A DNA stretch of 50,923 nucleotides from Bacteroidota bacterium. GTDB lineage: Bacteria; Bacteroidota; Bacteroidia; UKL13-3. Under the pieces are notes generated by a model. It was not told the origin of the DNA, did no database searches, and saw only the letters and a list, made by a program, of their open reading frames with translations. Numbering within the stretch: the first letter of the stretch is position 1; every line of letters starts with the position of its first letter. The stretch is from NCBI GenBank assembly GCA_040386055.1, contig JAZKGH010000189.1, forward strand, positions 1 to 50,923. Reading direction: 5' to 3'. The translations under genes were made by a program, and so were the position numbers. Positions 17,976 through 28,596 of this stretch are shown here, piece by piece.

Positions 17976-19652
17976 ATGATGCAACAACACGTACACACTA
18001 TTTCTCAAACTTGTGCAGCAGCAGGTATTAAACATGCTGTTATTTGTCCGGGCTCTCGTTCAGCACCTCTTGTATTTGCTTTTACCCAAAGCGGAATGAG
18101 CTGCCATAGTGTGGTAGATGAACGCAGTGCGGCATATATGGCTTTAGGCATGGCACAGCAGCTTAATGAACCGGTGGTGCTTATTTGCACATCCGGTACG
18201 GCAGTGCTCAACTTCTTTCCTGCCATAGCCGAAGCCTATTACCAGAAAATTCCTTTGCTAGTGTTAACTGCCGACCGCCCGCCCGAATTACTCAACCAGC
18301 AGGATGGCCAAATGATTATGCAACGGGAAGTGTATGGCAAACACGTACGAAAAAGCTTTGAATTGCCTTGTTATATGCATGGCAAAGAAAACACTACCGA
18401 AACGAAGAAGATAATGCAGCAAGCAATTGCAGCAACCTTGAATAAAGGAAAAGGTCCGGTGCATGTAAATATTCCTCTACGCGAACCACTCTACCCAAAC
18501 CCAATAACCTTAAAGCGCACGTTAAAAACAAAAATTACGAAAGTGGAGGCAAGTCCAAATCCGGTTTCTTTAGCAGAACAAAAATGGGTAACGGATGTCT
18601 GGGAACGGAGTAAACGCAAACTGGTACTTGTGGGTCAGATGCCTTGTGACGGCTCTTTAAATGGAGCGTTACAAGAATTGCAGCATCATGATGATGTGGT
18701 GATTGTATGCGATGTTCTATCCAATGAATACGAATTTAATACAGCAGCACAGTTTGACTATTTACTTCAACGGGCGGATGCCAAAACATTGTTGGAGCTG
18801 GAACCGGATTGTATCCTGTCGTTTGGAGGGCCTGTATTATCAAAGTCTCTCAAGCTCTGGTTGCAGACTATTAAACCAGTATCTCACGTTCGGTTTAATG
18901 TGAATGAGGATAGTATTGATACCTATAAAAATGTAACTAAACATATTCAGGGGAATCCAGCATCGCTGTTGTTTCAACTTGGATTAATGGTCAAAACCCC
19001 AACCCCAAATCGTTACAAACATTTCTGGTTGGTGGCGAATGCCGTGGTGGCCCATTATACAGAACAATTTGTTTCAGATCATACATGGAGTGAATTGCAT
19101 GCTATGAACGAAGTGCTGAAATATATTCCGGATGCAGCCAATGTGCAGGTGGGCAACAGCTCGATCATTCGATACCTCAGTAATTTGGGAACACTAAACC
19201 CAAGTTGGATAATGAATGGCAATCGCGGTACGAGTGGTATTGATGGTTGTACCTCAACCGCAGTGGGTGCTGCTAAGGTTAATAACAGGCCAACGTATTT
19301 GCTCACGGGTGATATTGCCTTTTTGTATGATATCAATGCATTGTGGAACACTCTTCCTCATAATTTAAAGATCATTGTGTTTAACAATGAAGGAGGAGGC
19401 ATTTTTCAGTTAATTGACGGTCCCCCTAAACACAAGGGGCAACTGGAATATTTTACCACACCTCATCACCAGTCTATCAAACAAATTGCTTTGCAAAAAG
19501 ATGTGGAGTATTACTTTTGCGCCTCGCCAAATGATTGGAAACAAACCAGAAATTTTTTTGACAATACATATAAAGCAGCAGTGCTTGAATTGAAATTTGA
19601 CCGCACTCAAAACGCTTTGGTGTTTGACATGTTTAAGAAGATAAAACTATAA
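17976..19652 (+). CDS. menD: 2-succinyl-5-enolpyruvyl-6-hydroxy-3-cyclohexene-1-carboxylate (SEPHCHC) synthase.
   Basis: It is a ThDP enzyme reading CPGSRSAPL...[11 protein letters not shown]...CTSGTA..N...LTADRP...[10 protein letters not shown]...GDIAFLYD.N. It sits directly upstream of menB. The ATG at 17976 is preferred over the GTG/TTG-type start at 17928. Confidence 0.9.
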   Translation: MMQQHVHTISQTCAAAGIKHAVICPGSRSAPLVFAFTQSGMSCHSVVDERSAAYMALGMAQQLNEPVVLICTSGTAVLNFFPAIAEAYYQKIPLLVLTADRPPELLNQQDGQMIMQREVYGKHVRKSFELPCYMHGKENTTETKKIMQQAIAATLNKGKGPVHVNIPLREPLYPNPITLKRTLKTKITKVEASPNPVSLAEQKWVTDVWERSKRKLVLVGQMPCDGSLNGALQELQHHDDVVIVCDVLSNEYEFNTAAQFDYLLQRADAKTLLELEPDCILSFGGPVLSKSLKLWLQTIKPVSHVRFNVNEDSIDTYKNVTKHIQGNPASLLFQLGLMVKTPTPNRYKHFWLVANAVVAHYTEQFVSDHTWSELHAMNEVLKYIPDAANVQVGNSSIIRYLSNLGTLNPSWIMNGNRGTSGIDGCTSTAVGAAKVNNRPTYLLTGDIAFLYDINALWNTLPHNLKIIVFNNEGGGIFQLIDGPPKHKGQLEYFTTPHHQSIKQIALQKDVEYYFCASPNDWKQTRNFFDNTYKAAVLELKFDRTQNALVFDMFKKIKL

Positions 19653-19659
19653 GAAATAT

Positions 19660-20484
19660 ATGGAATCAAAGCATCCTTGGAAAACCATCAAAGAATATGA
19701 AGAAATCAAATATTCGTTCTTAGATGGCATTGCCAAAATCAGTATCAACCGCCCTGAAAAGCACAATGCATTTACACCCTTAACCGTAAAGGAAATGAGT
19801 GAAGCGATGGAGTTGGCTCGTCAGGACGAAAACGTGTATTGCGTTGTATTAACCGGTGAAGGCGGAGAAGCTTTTTGCAGTGGTGGTGACCAAAGTGTGC
19901 GCGGACACGGTGGATACATTGGCAACGATGGTGTGCCGCGTTTGAACGTATTGGATTTGCAAATGCAGATTCGCAGAATTCCGAAACCGGTAATTGCAAT
20001 GGTAGCAGGCTGGGCCATTGGTGGCGGACATGTTTTACATGTCATTTGCGATTTGACCATTGCTGCCGAAAATGCAAAATTCGGGCAAACAGGACCGAAA
20101 GTGGGAAGCTTTGATGGTGGTTTTGGTGCAGGTTATTTAGCACGTATAGTGGGTCAGAAAAAGGCAAGAGAGATCTGGTTTTTGTGTGACCAGTACAATG
20201 CACAGGAAGCGTTGGATATGGGCTTGGTGAATAAGGTTGTTCCATTGGATGTATTGGAAGATACAACCATTGAATGGTGCCGTAAAATCATGGAGAAAAG
20301 CCCGATTGCATTACGCATGCTGAAATCATCATTCAATGCTGAGCTTGATGGGCAAGCAGGTATTCAGGAGCTTGCAGGTAATGCAACCTTATTGTATTAT
20401 ATGAGTGATGAGGCAAAAGAAGGCAAGAACTCTTTTCTAGAGAAACGTAAGCCTGACTTTAAGAACTTCCCTAAGTTCCCATAG
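19660..20484 (+). CDS. menB: 1,4-dihydroxy-2-naphthoyl-CoA synthase.
   Basis: It has a crotonase fold with [10 protein letters not shown]...[13 protein letters not shown]...[12 protein letters not shown]...[12 protein letters not shown]... Confidence 0.95.
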   Translation: MESKHPWKTIKEYEEIKYSFLDGIAKISINRPEKHNAFTPLTVKEMSEAMELARQDENVYCVVLTGEGGEAFCSGGDQSVRGHGGYIGNDGVPRLNVLDLQMQIRRIPKPVIAMVAGWAIGGGHVLHVICDLTIAAENAKFGQTGPKVGSFDGGFGAGYLARIVGQKKAREIWFLCDQYNAQEALDMGLVNKVVPLDVLEDTTIEWCRKIMEKSPIALRMLKSSFNAELDGQAGIQELAGNATLLYYMSDEAKEGKNSFLEKRKPDFKNFPKFP

Positions 20485-20608
20485 GCCGGTGGCTGACTAT
20501 TCTGCTCCGCGGAGCTCAGCCACCGTGCATATTTTTTATGAAATTTAGATGAATAATGAGGCTTCATTAAGGTGCCAGAGCGTCCCGCAGGGACTGTCCG
20601 AAGGCATC
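20484..20608. repeat. Palindromic intergenic element, copy 1 of the TGCCTTCGG...GCTCWGGCACC family. It includes the probable menB terminator.
   Basis: The right arm ggtgccagagc-gtccc-gca-gggac-tgtccgaaggcat is homologous to both arms of the element at 46597-46758. The left arm, ggtggctga...ctccgcggag-ctcagccacc followed by gtgcatatttttt, forms a 9-bp stem plus a T-run. Confidence 0.55.
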
Positions 20609-20616
20609 TTAACAAG

Positions 20617-20642
20617 AAAGGCGTTGATCACTCAACGCCTTT
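20617..20642 (-). terminator. Hairpin terminator downstream of ftsH.
   Basis: The sequence aaaggcgttga-tcac-tcaacgccttt forms a perfect 11-bp stem with a 4-nt loop, 23 nt after the ftsH stop. Confidence 0.65.
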
Positions 20643-20664
20643 CTTATTCTAGAAACAATTTATC

Positions 20665-22722
20665 TTAAACAATCTTAGTGTCTTCTTCAGTCGTGGTCGG
20701 TTCTTCAATGGCATGAATCACTTCATCCTGAGCTACTCCATTTAAGTTAGGTGCTATTTCAGCAACTTTATTAAAAGGATGCGGGCCTAAGATTCCTTCC
20801 AAATCATGTGGGAATAGAATCTCTTTTTCCAGCAATAACTTCGACAGTTTTTCCAGCATATCACGTCTTTCAGAAAGCATCTTTTTGGTGTCAACATAAC
20901 ATTCGTCAATCATGTTGCGTACTTCAATATCAATCATCTCCGCAGTTTTGTCGCTGTATGGTTTTGTGAATCCATACTCGTTGTTAGGATCGTAGAAAGA
21001 TACATTTCCAACTTTAGCATTCATGCCATATATGCTCACCATTGCATATGCCATTTTGGTGATACGCTCCAGGTCGTTTTGCGCACCGGTACTGATCCTT
21101 CCGAATACAATATCTTCTGCCACGCGACCACCTAAGGTCATCATCATCATGTTTTTCATTTGTTCGGTGGTATACAAATACTGGTCTTTAGGTAAGTATT
21201 GCGCATAACCTAAAGCAGCAACTCCACGCGGTACAATTGATACTTTCACCAATGGATCCAATCCTTCGAGGAACCATCCCATAATGGCATGTCCGGATTC
21301 GTGGTATGCAATGATTTCTTTTTCTTCAGGACTAATGATTTTATTTTTCTTTTCTAATCCTCCAATGATACGATCCACCGCATCATGGAAGTCTTGCATT
21401 TCTACTTTTTCCTTGTTTCTACGGGCAGCTATCAAAGCGGCTTCGTTACACACATTGGCAATATCTGCGCCTGCAAAACCCGCTGTTTGAATAGCCAACT
21501 TAGCAGGATCAACATCATCACTCAGTTTTAAGGGTTTTAAATGTACTTTGAAAATTTCTTCACGTCCATTCAAATCCGGTTTGTCAATTGAAATCTGACG
21601 ATCAAAACGTCCCGGGCGAAGCAATGCTGAGTCCAAAATATCCGGACGGTTTGTAGCAGCCAAAATAATCACTCCGATATCGGTTGCAAAACCATCCATC
21701 TCAGTCAATAATTGGTTTAAGGTATTTTCGCGTTCATCGTTTCCGCCTTGAATAGCATTACGTCCGCGTGCTCTACCTACAGCATCAATCTCATCAATAA
21801 AAATAATACAAGGTGCTTTTTCCTTAGCCTGACGGAACAAATCGCGTACACGGCTGGCTCCTACTCCCACAAACATTTCCACGAAATCGGAACCTGAAAG
21901 AGAGAAGAACGGAACGCCTGCTTCACCTGCAACGGCTTTGGCCAGCAAGGTTTTACCGGTACCCGGAGGGCCTACTAATAAAGCGCCTTTCGGGATTTTA
22001 CCACCCAGATTGGTATATTTTTTAGGGTTCTTCAAGAAATCAACAATCTCCATGATTTCCACTTTCGCTTCATCCAGTCCTGCCACATCTTTAAATGTAA
22101 CTTTTACCAAAGTATCTTTATCAAACAGCTGAGCTTTCGATTTTCCGATATTGAAAATCTGTCCACCACCGGCACCTGCGCCACCACCCATTTTACGCAT
22201 CACAAACATCCACAATCCTATCAGCAATACGAATGGTAAAATCCATCCTAGGATATCACCGAAATAGTTGCGTTGGGTAACATATTCCACGGGCACCTGA
22301 ATGGTTTGTCCGGGATTATTTTTTTCGTAGGTAGCACGGGCAGTATTGAGGTCGGTTGAGAATTGGTTCACATCACCAATTTCAAAATAGTAGTGAGGTC
22401 CCACATCATCACCAAATAAGCCGCGATCTTTCAGATCTTTGAACTTGTCGTTTTTTACCGACTCTTTTTTCAAGTACACTTCGGCACGTTCCTTATTTAC
22501 TACCACAATTTTCTCCACGTCATTGGTCATAATCATGTCGTTTTGCACTTTGTACCAAGTGGTTTTAAGTGAAACATCATGCGGCATGAATTGTATTACG
22601 AGGAAAATGACAGCAATGATTCCATAAATCCAGTAAAAGTTGAATTTAGGAACAGGCGGCATTTTTGGTTTCTGAGAGCGCTTATCTCCGGGTTTTAAAT
22701 CTTGAGGATTGATATCTGACAT
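20665..22722 (-). CDS. ftsH: ATP-dependent zinc metalloprotease FtsH.
   Basis: It has the AAA+ Walker A motif GPPGTGKT, Walker B IIFIDEID, the SRH motif, and the HESGHA zinc site. There are two N-terminal transmembrane helices. Confidence 0.97.
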   Translation of the reverse strand: MSDINPQDLKPGDKRSQKPKMPPVPKFNFYWIYGIIAVIFLVIQFMPHDVSLKTTWYKVQNDMIMTNDVEKIVVVNKERAEVYLKKESVKNDKFKDLKDRGLFGDDVGPHYYFEIGDVNQFSTDLNTARATYEKNNPGQTIQVPVEYVTQRNYFGDILGWILPFVLLIGLWMFVMRKMGGGAGAGGGQIFNIGKSKAQLFDKDTLVKVTFKDVAGLDEAKVEIMEIVDFLKNPKKYTNLGGKIPKGALLVGPPGTGKTLLAKAVAGEAGVPFFSLSGSDFVEMFVGVGASRVRDLFRQAKEKAPCIIFIDEIDAVGRARGRNAIQGGNDERENTLNQLLTEMDGFATDIGVIILAATNRPDILDSALLRPGRFDRQISIDKPDLNGREEIFKVHLKPLKLSDDVDPAKLAIQTAGFAGADIANVCNEAALIAARRNKEKVEMQDFHDAVDRIIGGLEKKNKIISPEEKEIIAYHESGHAIMGWFLEGLDPLVKVSIVPRGVAALGYAQYLPKDQYLYTTEQMKNMMMMTLGGRVAEDIVFGRISTGAQNDLERITKMAYAMVSIYGMNAKVGNVSFYDPNNEYGFTKPYSDKTAEMIDIEVRNMIDECYVDTKKMLSERRDMLEKLSKLLLEKEILFPHDLEGILGPHPFNKVAEIAPNLNGVAQDEVIHAIEEPTTTEEDTKIV

Positions 22723-22795
22723 TATTATCTAATTGTTTGTAGAGGTAGAAATTTAAGCAAGAATAATGCTAAAAAAATTGATAGCCAAACCTTGC

Positions 22796-23296
22796 TTAGT
22801 TGGTTTGTAAGGCCTTTAGCGATGGGTAAACCCACGATTGGCCTAGTGTTTTCTGAAAGTATTTGTCGAATGAGTCTTTATCTGTTACTGTTTTGTTAAA
22901 CACGGGTGTTTGATCATTTACGGCACCCTCTTGTAACATCACCGCCAATTTTTGTTTGTTGGTCAGCAACAACTCATCATTTAGGAAAAGCTCTATTTGT
23001 AAACGATTGAACAGATTGATATTGTATTCTCGGTCGATCTCCTGCACAAAGTGAACCGACTTATCAATGCCACAGCCACTTACTTCATTATGGTTTTCAT
23101 CAACAGCCACGATTAAGAACGCATCGTGCAAAATGGTAAATGCTGCTTTAAGCTGCTGCTGATGGGCGGTCCAGCTTGTAACAAACTGTGCACCTTTTGC
23201 TAATATAGCTTCTTGCTCTGCTTTTGTAAGCTTTCTGTTGGATGCGTATATCCAAAGCTTTGCATTGGCGGGCATTTGTTCGAAGGGAATATTCAT
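22796..23296 (-). CDS. Conserved hypothetical protein.
   Basis: It has good coding character. I chose the start at MNIPFEQMPANAKLWIY (ATG 23294-23296). No domain could be named from the sequence. Confidence 0.5.
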   Translation of the reverse strand: MNIPFEQMPANAKLWIYASNRKLTKAEQEAILAKGAQFVTSWTAHQQQLKAAFTILHDAFLIVAVDENHNEVSGCGIDKSVHFVQEIDREYNINLFNRLQIELFLNDELLLTNKQKLAVMLQEGAVNDQTPVFNKTVTDKDSFDKYFQKTLGQSWVYPSLKALQTN

Positions 23297-23466
23297 ACCT
23301 GTTAACTTGAACCACAAAGTTACCAAAAACCCGGCCATTAAGGAATGACAAATGAAAAGGAGATTGAACGTGCCAAGATTGCCGCTTTTGTTTAAAGTAT
23401 GTCAGGTTATAACTTTTTGGTTGCTGATAAATTTGACTTCTGCCACCTTTTTCCTGTGGCATCTTC

Positions 23467-23478
23467 TTCTTATACTTG
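23467..23478 (+). promoter_or_regulatory. Copy 1 of the shared 12-mer TTCTTATACTTG, which contains a -7-like TATACTTG.
   Basis: The identical 12-mer also occurs at 26127-26138 and 46803-46814. Each copy lies 18-28 nt upstream of a + strand start codon. Confidence 0.45.
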
Positions 23479-23496
23479 CACTTTAACTCATACCCT

Positions 23497-24741
23497 TTGA
23501 AAAACACAGATATTGTTATTATAGGTGCCGGTCCTGCAGGATGCTCTACGTCACTGTTTCTGGCCAAACACAAGATTCCGCATACAATTATTGACAAAGC
23601 CGTTTTTCCCCGCGATAAAGTATGCGGTGATGCCTTAAGTGGTAAATCGGTATATGTACTCAACCAACTCGATCCAAGTATTATCCCTTCTTTCGATCAG
23701 CAAAAGAATAAGTTTATTGAAAGTTGGGGTGTAAAATTTGTAGCACCCAATGGTAAGGCCATTGATATTCCATTTAAGTCGGACATGTCAAAGGAGCAAC
23801 TACCTCCGGGCTTTATTTCCAAACGTGTTGATTTTGATAATGAATTGTTCAAACGCCTTGACCGCACGTATGCAAACGTAATTGAAGGAGCTGAAGTTAC
23901 GGAAATTGAACGCTTAGCGGAAGGTATTACAGTAAAATACGAATATCAAAATTCTCAATTCTCAATTCAAAATTCTCAATTAATCATCGGTGCTGAGGGT
24001 GATAGAAGTATTGTGGCTAAAAAGCTGGCAAATCTTCAAAAGGAGAATGACCACTATTGTGCGGGCATTCGTGCTTATTATGAAGGTGTGGAAGGAATGC
24101 ATGACCAAAACTTTATTGAGTTGCATTTTTTGCCTGAGATGTTACCGGGGTATTTCTGGATTTTCCCGTTGCCAAATGGAAAGGCTAATGTGGGTGCCGG
24201 GATGTTGAGCAGTGAAGTGAGCAAACGTAAAGTGAACCTGAAAGCCGACATGCTAAAAGCGATTGAAAACAATCCGAACATCAGGGAGCGCTTTAAGAAT
24301 GCTACGTTGCAGGGTAAAATCCAGGGTTGGGGATTGCCGCTTGGGAGCAAGAAAAGACCGGTATCGGGTGAACGCTTTTTATTGGTGGGTGATGCCGGTT
24401 CGTTGATTGATCCGTTTACAGGAGAAGGAATTGGGAATGCTTTGTACAGTGGGATGATGGCAGCCAACCATATTATGGAATGTATAAAACAGAACCGTTT
24501 TGATGCGGATTTCTTAAAACAATACGATACCGTCTTTTATAACCGTCAGTGGGACGAATTGAAGCTTAGTCATACAATGCAAAAGCTCTGTAAATTCCCC
24601 TGGTTGTTCAACTTTGTAGTGAACAAAGCACATAAAAACAAAACGCTTCGTGAAACCATCAGTTGTATGTTTGAGGATTTGGATTTACGTGCCAAGTTAC
24701 GCAACCCACTCTTTTATGTGAAGCTGCTAATTAATGACTAA
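23497..24741 (+). CDS. Geranylgeranyl reductase family FAD-dependent oxidoreductase.
   Basis: It reads DIVIIGAGPAGCS...KVCGDAL...LVGDAGSLIDPFTGEGIGNA. I chose the TTG at 23497 because the ORF-track start at 23476 lies inside the shared 12-mer. The start is uncertain. Confidence 0.8.
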   Translation: MKNTDIVIIGAGPAGCSTSLFLAKHKIPHTIIDKAVFPRDKVCGDALSGKSVYVLNQLDPSIIPSFDQQKNKFIESWGVKFVAPNGKAIDIPFKSDMSKEQLPPGFISKRVDFDNELFKRLDRTYANVIEGAEVTEIERLAEGITVKYEYQNSQFSIQNSQLIIGAEGDRSIVAKKLANLQKENDHYCAGIRAYYEGVEGMHDQNFIELHFLPEMLPGYFWIFPLPNGKANVGAGMLSSEVSKRKVNLKADMLKAIENNPNIRERFKNATLQGKIQGWGLPLGSKKRPVSGERFLLVGDAGSLIDPFTGEGIGNALYSGMMAANHIMECIKQNRFDADFLKQYDTVFYNRQWDELKLSHTMQKLCKFPWLFNFVVNKAHKNKTLRETISCMFEDLDLRAKLRNPLFYVKLLIND

Positions 24742-24818
24742 TTTTCTACTGCTCAACCAAAAGCATCATTTAGTTCGGTCAAAAAGCATATCTTTGCACC
24801 CTTAAAAAATAGGGCTTA

Positions 24819-26042
24819 GTGAAAAGAAAAGTGATTGTTATTGGCGGTGGTGCTGCCGGATTTTTTTCCGCTATTACCTGTGCGCAGGCCAGCAAAGATG
24901 TGGAAGTAACCTTGTTTGAAAAAACGAGTAAGTTGCTAAGTAAGGTGGCCGTTTCAGGTGGTGGCAGGTGCAATGTAACGCATGCTTGTTTTGACAATAA
25001 AATACTTTCAGGCAGTTATCCGCGTGGCGAAAAGCAACTTAAAAGTGCTTTCAGCAGGTTTACAACTACCGATACGATTAACTGGTTTGAGTCGCGTGGG
25101 GTAAAGCTAAAGACTGAGTCGGATGGCCGTATGTTCCCGCAAACAGACGATTCACAAACAATCATCGATTGTTTGATGAAAGAGGCTAAGAAAGCCAAAG
25201 TAACCGTTCGAACCGAAATAGCTGTAAAAGAAATTCGTCCGCGTTTTGACGGTGGATTTTATGTGGAGCTAAGCACCGGTGAACAACTTGAGTGCGATAA
25301 AATTATTATTGGAACAGGAGGAAGTCCAAAGGCAGAAGGGTTTGATTGGCTTAAGAAATTAGGACACCAAATTGTAGAACCCGTACCTTCATTGTTTACG
25401 TTTAATATTCCTGATAATCCCATTATAGAGTTGCAGGGGATTGCAGTTGATCCGGCAAGGGTCAAAATCGCTGATACCAAAATAGAATTTTCAGGTCCGG
25501 TATTGATCACGCATTGGGGATTAAGTGGCCCGGCAGTACTGAAACTTTCGTCATTTTGCGCACGAATGTTGGCGGAAAAGGAGTATGACTTCAAAATACA
25601 GATTAGCTGGTTGAATAACAAAAAGGAAGATGCCTTGCGTCAGGAATTGTTCAATATTAAAGCGGCTAATCCAACCAAACATATAGGCAACTTATTGCCG
25701 GTGGTGTTACCTAAACGATTGGTGGAATTCATTCTCCAAAAGTGTGGTATCAATCCCGATAAACGCTGGGCCGATGTAACCAAAGAAGAAATCCAGCTGT
25801 TACAGGAACATTTCTTATATGATACCTATCATGTTCAGGGTAAAACTACATTTAAGGAGGAGTTTGTAACCTGCGGGGGTATTAATCTAGATGATATTGA
25901 TTTCAAAACGATGGAAAGCAAGCGATGTAAAGGATTACATTTTGCCGGAGAGGTTCTGGATATTGATGGTATCACAGGCGGTTTTAACTTTCAGGCAGCA
26001 TGGACAACCGGGTTTATTGCCGGTACCGGAGTCCTTAAATAA
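24819..26042 (+). CDS. BaiN/RdsA (HI0933-like) family NAD(P)/FAD-dependent oxidoreductase.
   Basis: It reads VIVIGGGAAGFFSAI...SGGGRCNVTH...TGGS...HWGLSGPAVL...VTCGGI...FAGEVLDIDGITGGFNFQ. The start codon is GTG. Confidence 0.85.
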   Translation: MKRKVIVIGGGAAGFFSAITCAQASKDVEVTLFEKTSKLLSKVAVSGGGRCNVTHACFDNKILSGSYPRGEKQLKSAFSRFTTTDTINWFESRGVKLKTESDGRMFPQTDDSQTIIDCLMKEAKKAKVTVRTEIAVKEIRPRFDGGFYVELSTGEQLECDKIIIGTGGSPKAEGFDWLKKLGHQIVEPVPSLFTFNIPDNPIIELQGIAVDPARVKIADTKIEFSGPVLITHWGLSGPAVLKLSSFCARMLAEKEYDFKIQISWLNNKKEDALRQELFNIKAANPTKHIGNLLPVVLPKRLVEFILQKCGINPDKRWADVTKEEIQLLQEHFLYDTYHVQGKTTFKEEFVTCGGINLDDIDFKTMESKRCKGLHFAGEVLDIDGITGGFNFQAAWTTGFIAGTGVLK

Positions 26043-26126
26043 CCCCTGCTTATCTTCTCTTTCAGCTGTTAGTTGCCATTTTTTGCCCATTTAACCTAAT
26101 TTTAACTTAGGGAATCACGCGCCTTT

Positions 26127-26138
26127 TTCTTATACTTG
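26127..26138 (+). promoter_or_regulatory. Copy 2 of the shared 12-mer TTCTTATACTTG, upstream of the first gene of the EPS-like operon.
   Basis: An exact 12-mer match, 28 nt upstream of the ATG at 26167. Confidence 0.45.
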
Positions 26139-26166
26139 GAAGGTATTAACTGCAATATTCAACTGA

Positions 26167-28551
26167 ATGTATAAAGAGCGCTTCCAATTTGCTGTACAGC
26201 ATTTTTGCCTGAGTTATGGATTGCTCATTGTGTTGTTTTGGCTGGTTCGAATAGCGGAATTTGTGTTAGTTAGCGAAGCCAACTTGTTTCCTGAGCATCC
26301 AATGCCTTTGATGGCGGCAGGTTTTGCATTTGATCTGTGGTTTTGCCTCTTCCTATCCTTAGTTACTTTCCCCTTTTATGTGGTTTCATACCTAATCATT
26401 GGGCCATTTACCCGATACTTTTTGGCTATTGGTTTTATATTGTTTTTATTGGTGGATCTGGCATTGGTTCAATATTATGTGCAAACAACGTTACCGCTCA
26501 GTGCTGATTTTTGGGGTTATTCATTAGCCGATATTCAAACAACCGTAAACGCTTCAGCCGATTTTAGCATCCTTACTTTTGTTCCTTTTATGGTAGTACT
26601 GGCATTGTTTTTTTATACTTATAAGAGAGTGCAGGAAATATTTTTGCCAAATTGGGCATTGTATATGTTTTATGGATTGGCTTTGGTTTCGAGTGTCTTT
26701 TATGTTCTGAAAACACCTGATGCAACTTGGTTTACCACTGAAAATGATTACACTTTCAGTATGAATAAGATGGCTTTTTTTGCCGAAAAATCAGGAAGAT
26801 TTTATACAGAAGACATCGACAAAAACTCAGTTGCTGATACCGAATATCCCCTGGTGCATGTTGCTGATACCATAGATGTATTGAGTCCTTATTTTGATAG
26901 TTTGGAGCAGAAACCCAATCTGGTATTTTTGGTGATTGAAGGATTAGGCGGAACATTTGTGGGACCGAATGCCCGCTATGGTGGCTGTACACCTTTTCTG
27001 GATTCACTTGCCCAACACAGTTTGTATTGGCAAAATACTTTGAGTACAACAGGAAGAACGTTTGGTGTGCTTTCATCATTGTTTGGATCACTCCCGTATA
27101 ATGACAAGGGATTTTTGGAAACGGGTTCGAATATGCCAACGCACCTTACTTTGCTTAGTTTGCTCAAACAACACGGATACAATGTCCATTACTTTTATGG
27201 TGGCAATTCCAATTTCGATTTGCAGGATGTGTTTCTGGAAAAACAGGGTGTTGATTATATTTTGAGTTCTGACAAATTCCCTGCATCGTATCAAAAATTG
27301 AAAGCCAATAGTGAAGGTTTTTCATGGGGGTATTCTGATGAAGATGTATTTAAACGCTCTCTTGAATTGTTCCCGGCTGATACAGCCAAACCAACGCTTT
27401 CAGTGTATCTTACATTGAATACACATGAACCGTTTAGGGTTCCAAATCAACCTAAATACTTAGCATTACTGGATAAAGTCATGCATACCAAAACGGGAAC
27501 CGAACAAAAAAACTACAAGCAATATGCACTTGAACTTTCAAGCTTGTTGTATACAGATGATGCTATTCGTAATTTAATGGAAGCATATAAAAAGAGACCT
27601 GATTATACCAATACGATCTTTGTGATTACGGGTGATCATCGTATGATACCAATACCCCAGGTGAATCGTATTGACCGTTTTCATGTGCCGCTGATTGTGT
27701 TTTCACCTAAGTTGAAACGCTCACAAACATTTTCGTCTGTTAATACTCATCATGATGTTACACCCACACTACTTTCGTTTTTACAACATCAAACAGGGAT
27801 GACATTTCCCTATCAAGTACATTGGTTAGGAAAACCAATGGATACAACGGTTACATTTCATTCCATTCGCGATATAGCTTTGATGCGGAATAAAAATGAA
27901 CTGATAGATTATATTGACGGAGAGTATTTTTTATCTGATAACATTGCGTACCGTATTACTCCAAAGCTTGATTTGGAAAGGCTAGCGCGTGGTTCTCCGG
28001 AGGAAAAACAATTGAAAGCAAAAATGACTGCTTTTAAGCAGATGAACAAGTATGTGTTTGCCAATAATAAAATTTACAATGACAGTTTAGGGAAGACAAT
28101 TCCAAAAGAATTTAACTTTACTTATCTTGAAAAATTGACACTCCGGTTTATGGGTGTTGAGGGCATGAATCCGGAACAGTTGTTGGCCGCAGCTTATAAA
28201 CGAACAATCGTAAAACAATACAATAACGCACGATTGATTTGCAAATGGTGTCTTATCACGAGTCCGAATTTTATCGATGTGCGGTTGGTTTTGGGTCGTA
28301 CATATGCATGGGAGGGCAATTATGATGAAGCGCAAAAACAGTTTTCCGAAAGTGTGAAACGTTCACCCCTGAATGGAGAGGCCTGGAGGGCACTCATTGA
28401 TAACGAGTTATTATTTGGTCATTATGAAAAGGCAATTGAAATTTCGAAGCAAGCACATACAATAATTCCTAAAAGGGATTATACGGATAGGATAAAGGAG
28501 GCAAAGGCTTCACTGAAAAGACTAGTGAGTATGCCACCGCCAAAGATTTAA
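26167..28551 (+). CDS. Polytopic LtaS/sulfatase-family (alkaline phosphatase superfamily) enzyme with a C-terminal TPR domain.
   Basis: The N-terminal ~190 aa contain about five transmembrane helices. These are followed by NLVFLVIEGLGG, STTGRTFG (candidate Thr nucleophile), NTHEPF and VITGDHRM. The C-terminal ~150 aa are TPR-like (LGRTYAWEGNYDEAQKQF...). Confidence 0.75.
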   Translation: MYKERFQFAVQHFCLSYGLLIVLFWLVRIAEFVLVSEANLFPEHPMPLMAAGFAFDLWFCLFLSLVTFPFYVVSYLIIGPFTRYFLAIGFILFLLVDLALVQYYVQTTLPLSADFWGYSLADIQTTVNASADFSILTFVPFMVVLALFFYTYKRVQEIFLPNWALYMFYGLALVSSVFYVLKTPDATWFTTENDYTFSMNKMAFFAEKSGRFYTEDIDKNSVADTEYPLVHVADTIDVLSPYFDSLEQKPNLVFLVIEGLGGTFVGPNARYGGCTPFLDSLAQHSLYWQNTLSTTGRTFGVLSSLFGSLPYNDKGFLETGSNMPTHLTLLSLLKQHGYNVHYFYGGNSNFDLQDVFLEKQGVDYILSSDKFPASYQKLKANSEGFSWGYSDEDVFKRSLELFPADTAKPTLSVYLTLNTHEPFRVPNQPKYLALLDKVMHTKTGTEQKNYKQYALELSSLLYTDDAIRNLMEAYKKRPDYTNTIFVITGDHRMIPIPQVNRIDRFHVPLIVFSPKLKRSQTFSSVNTHHDVTPTLLSFLQHQTGMTFPYQVHWLGKPMDTTVTFHSIRDIALMRNKNELIDYIDGEYFLSDNIAYRITPKLDLERLARGSPEEKQLKAKMTAFKQMNKYVFANNKIYNDSLGKTIPKEFNFTYLEKLTLRFMGVEGMNPEQLLAAAYKRTIVKQYNNARLICKWCLITSPNFIDVRLVLGRTYAWEGNYDEAQKQFSESVKRSPLNGEAWRALIDNELLFGHYEKAIEISKQAHTIIPKRDYTDRIKEAKASLKRLVSMPPPKI

Positions 28552-28596
28552 ACTAAGTTAATTGCATAAGCTCTATTTTTGAATATAATCTAGTAC

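Noticed and set aside
23148-23663. 171-aa - strand ORF bridging two genes.
   Set aside because: It overlaps the 5' ends of both the 22796-23296 gene (same strand, other frame) and the FAD-binding N-terminus of the reductase gene (antisense). No domain signal is present.
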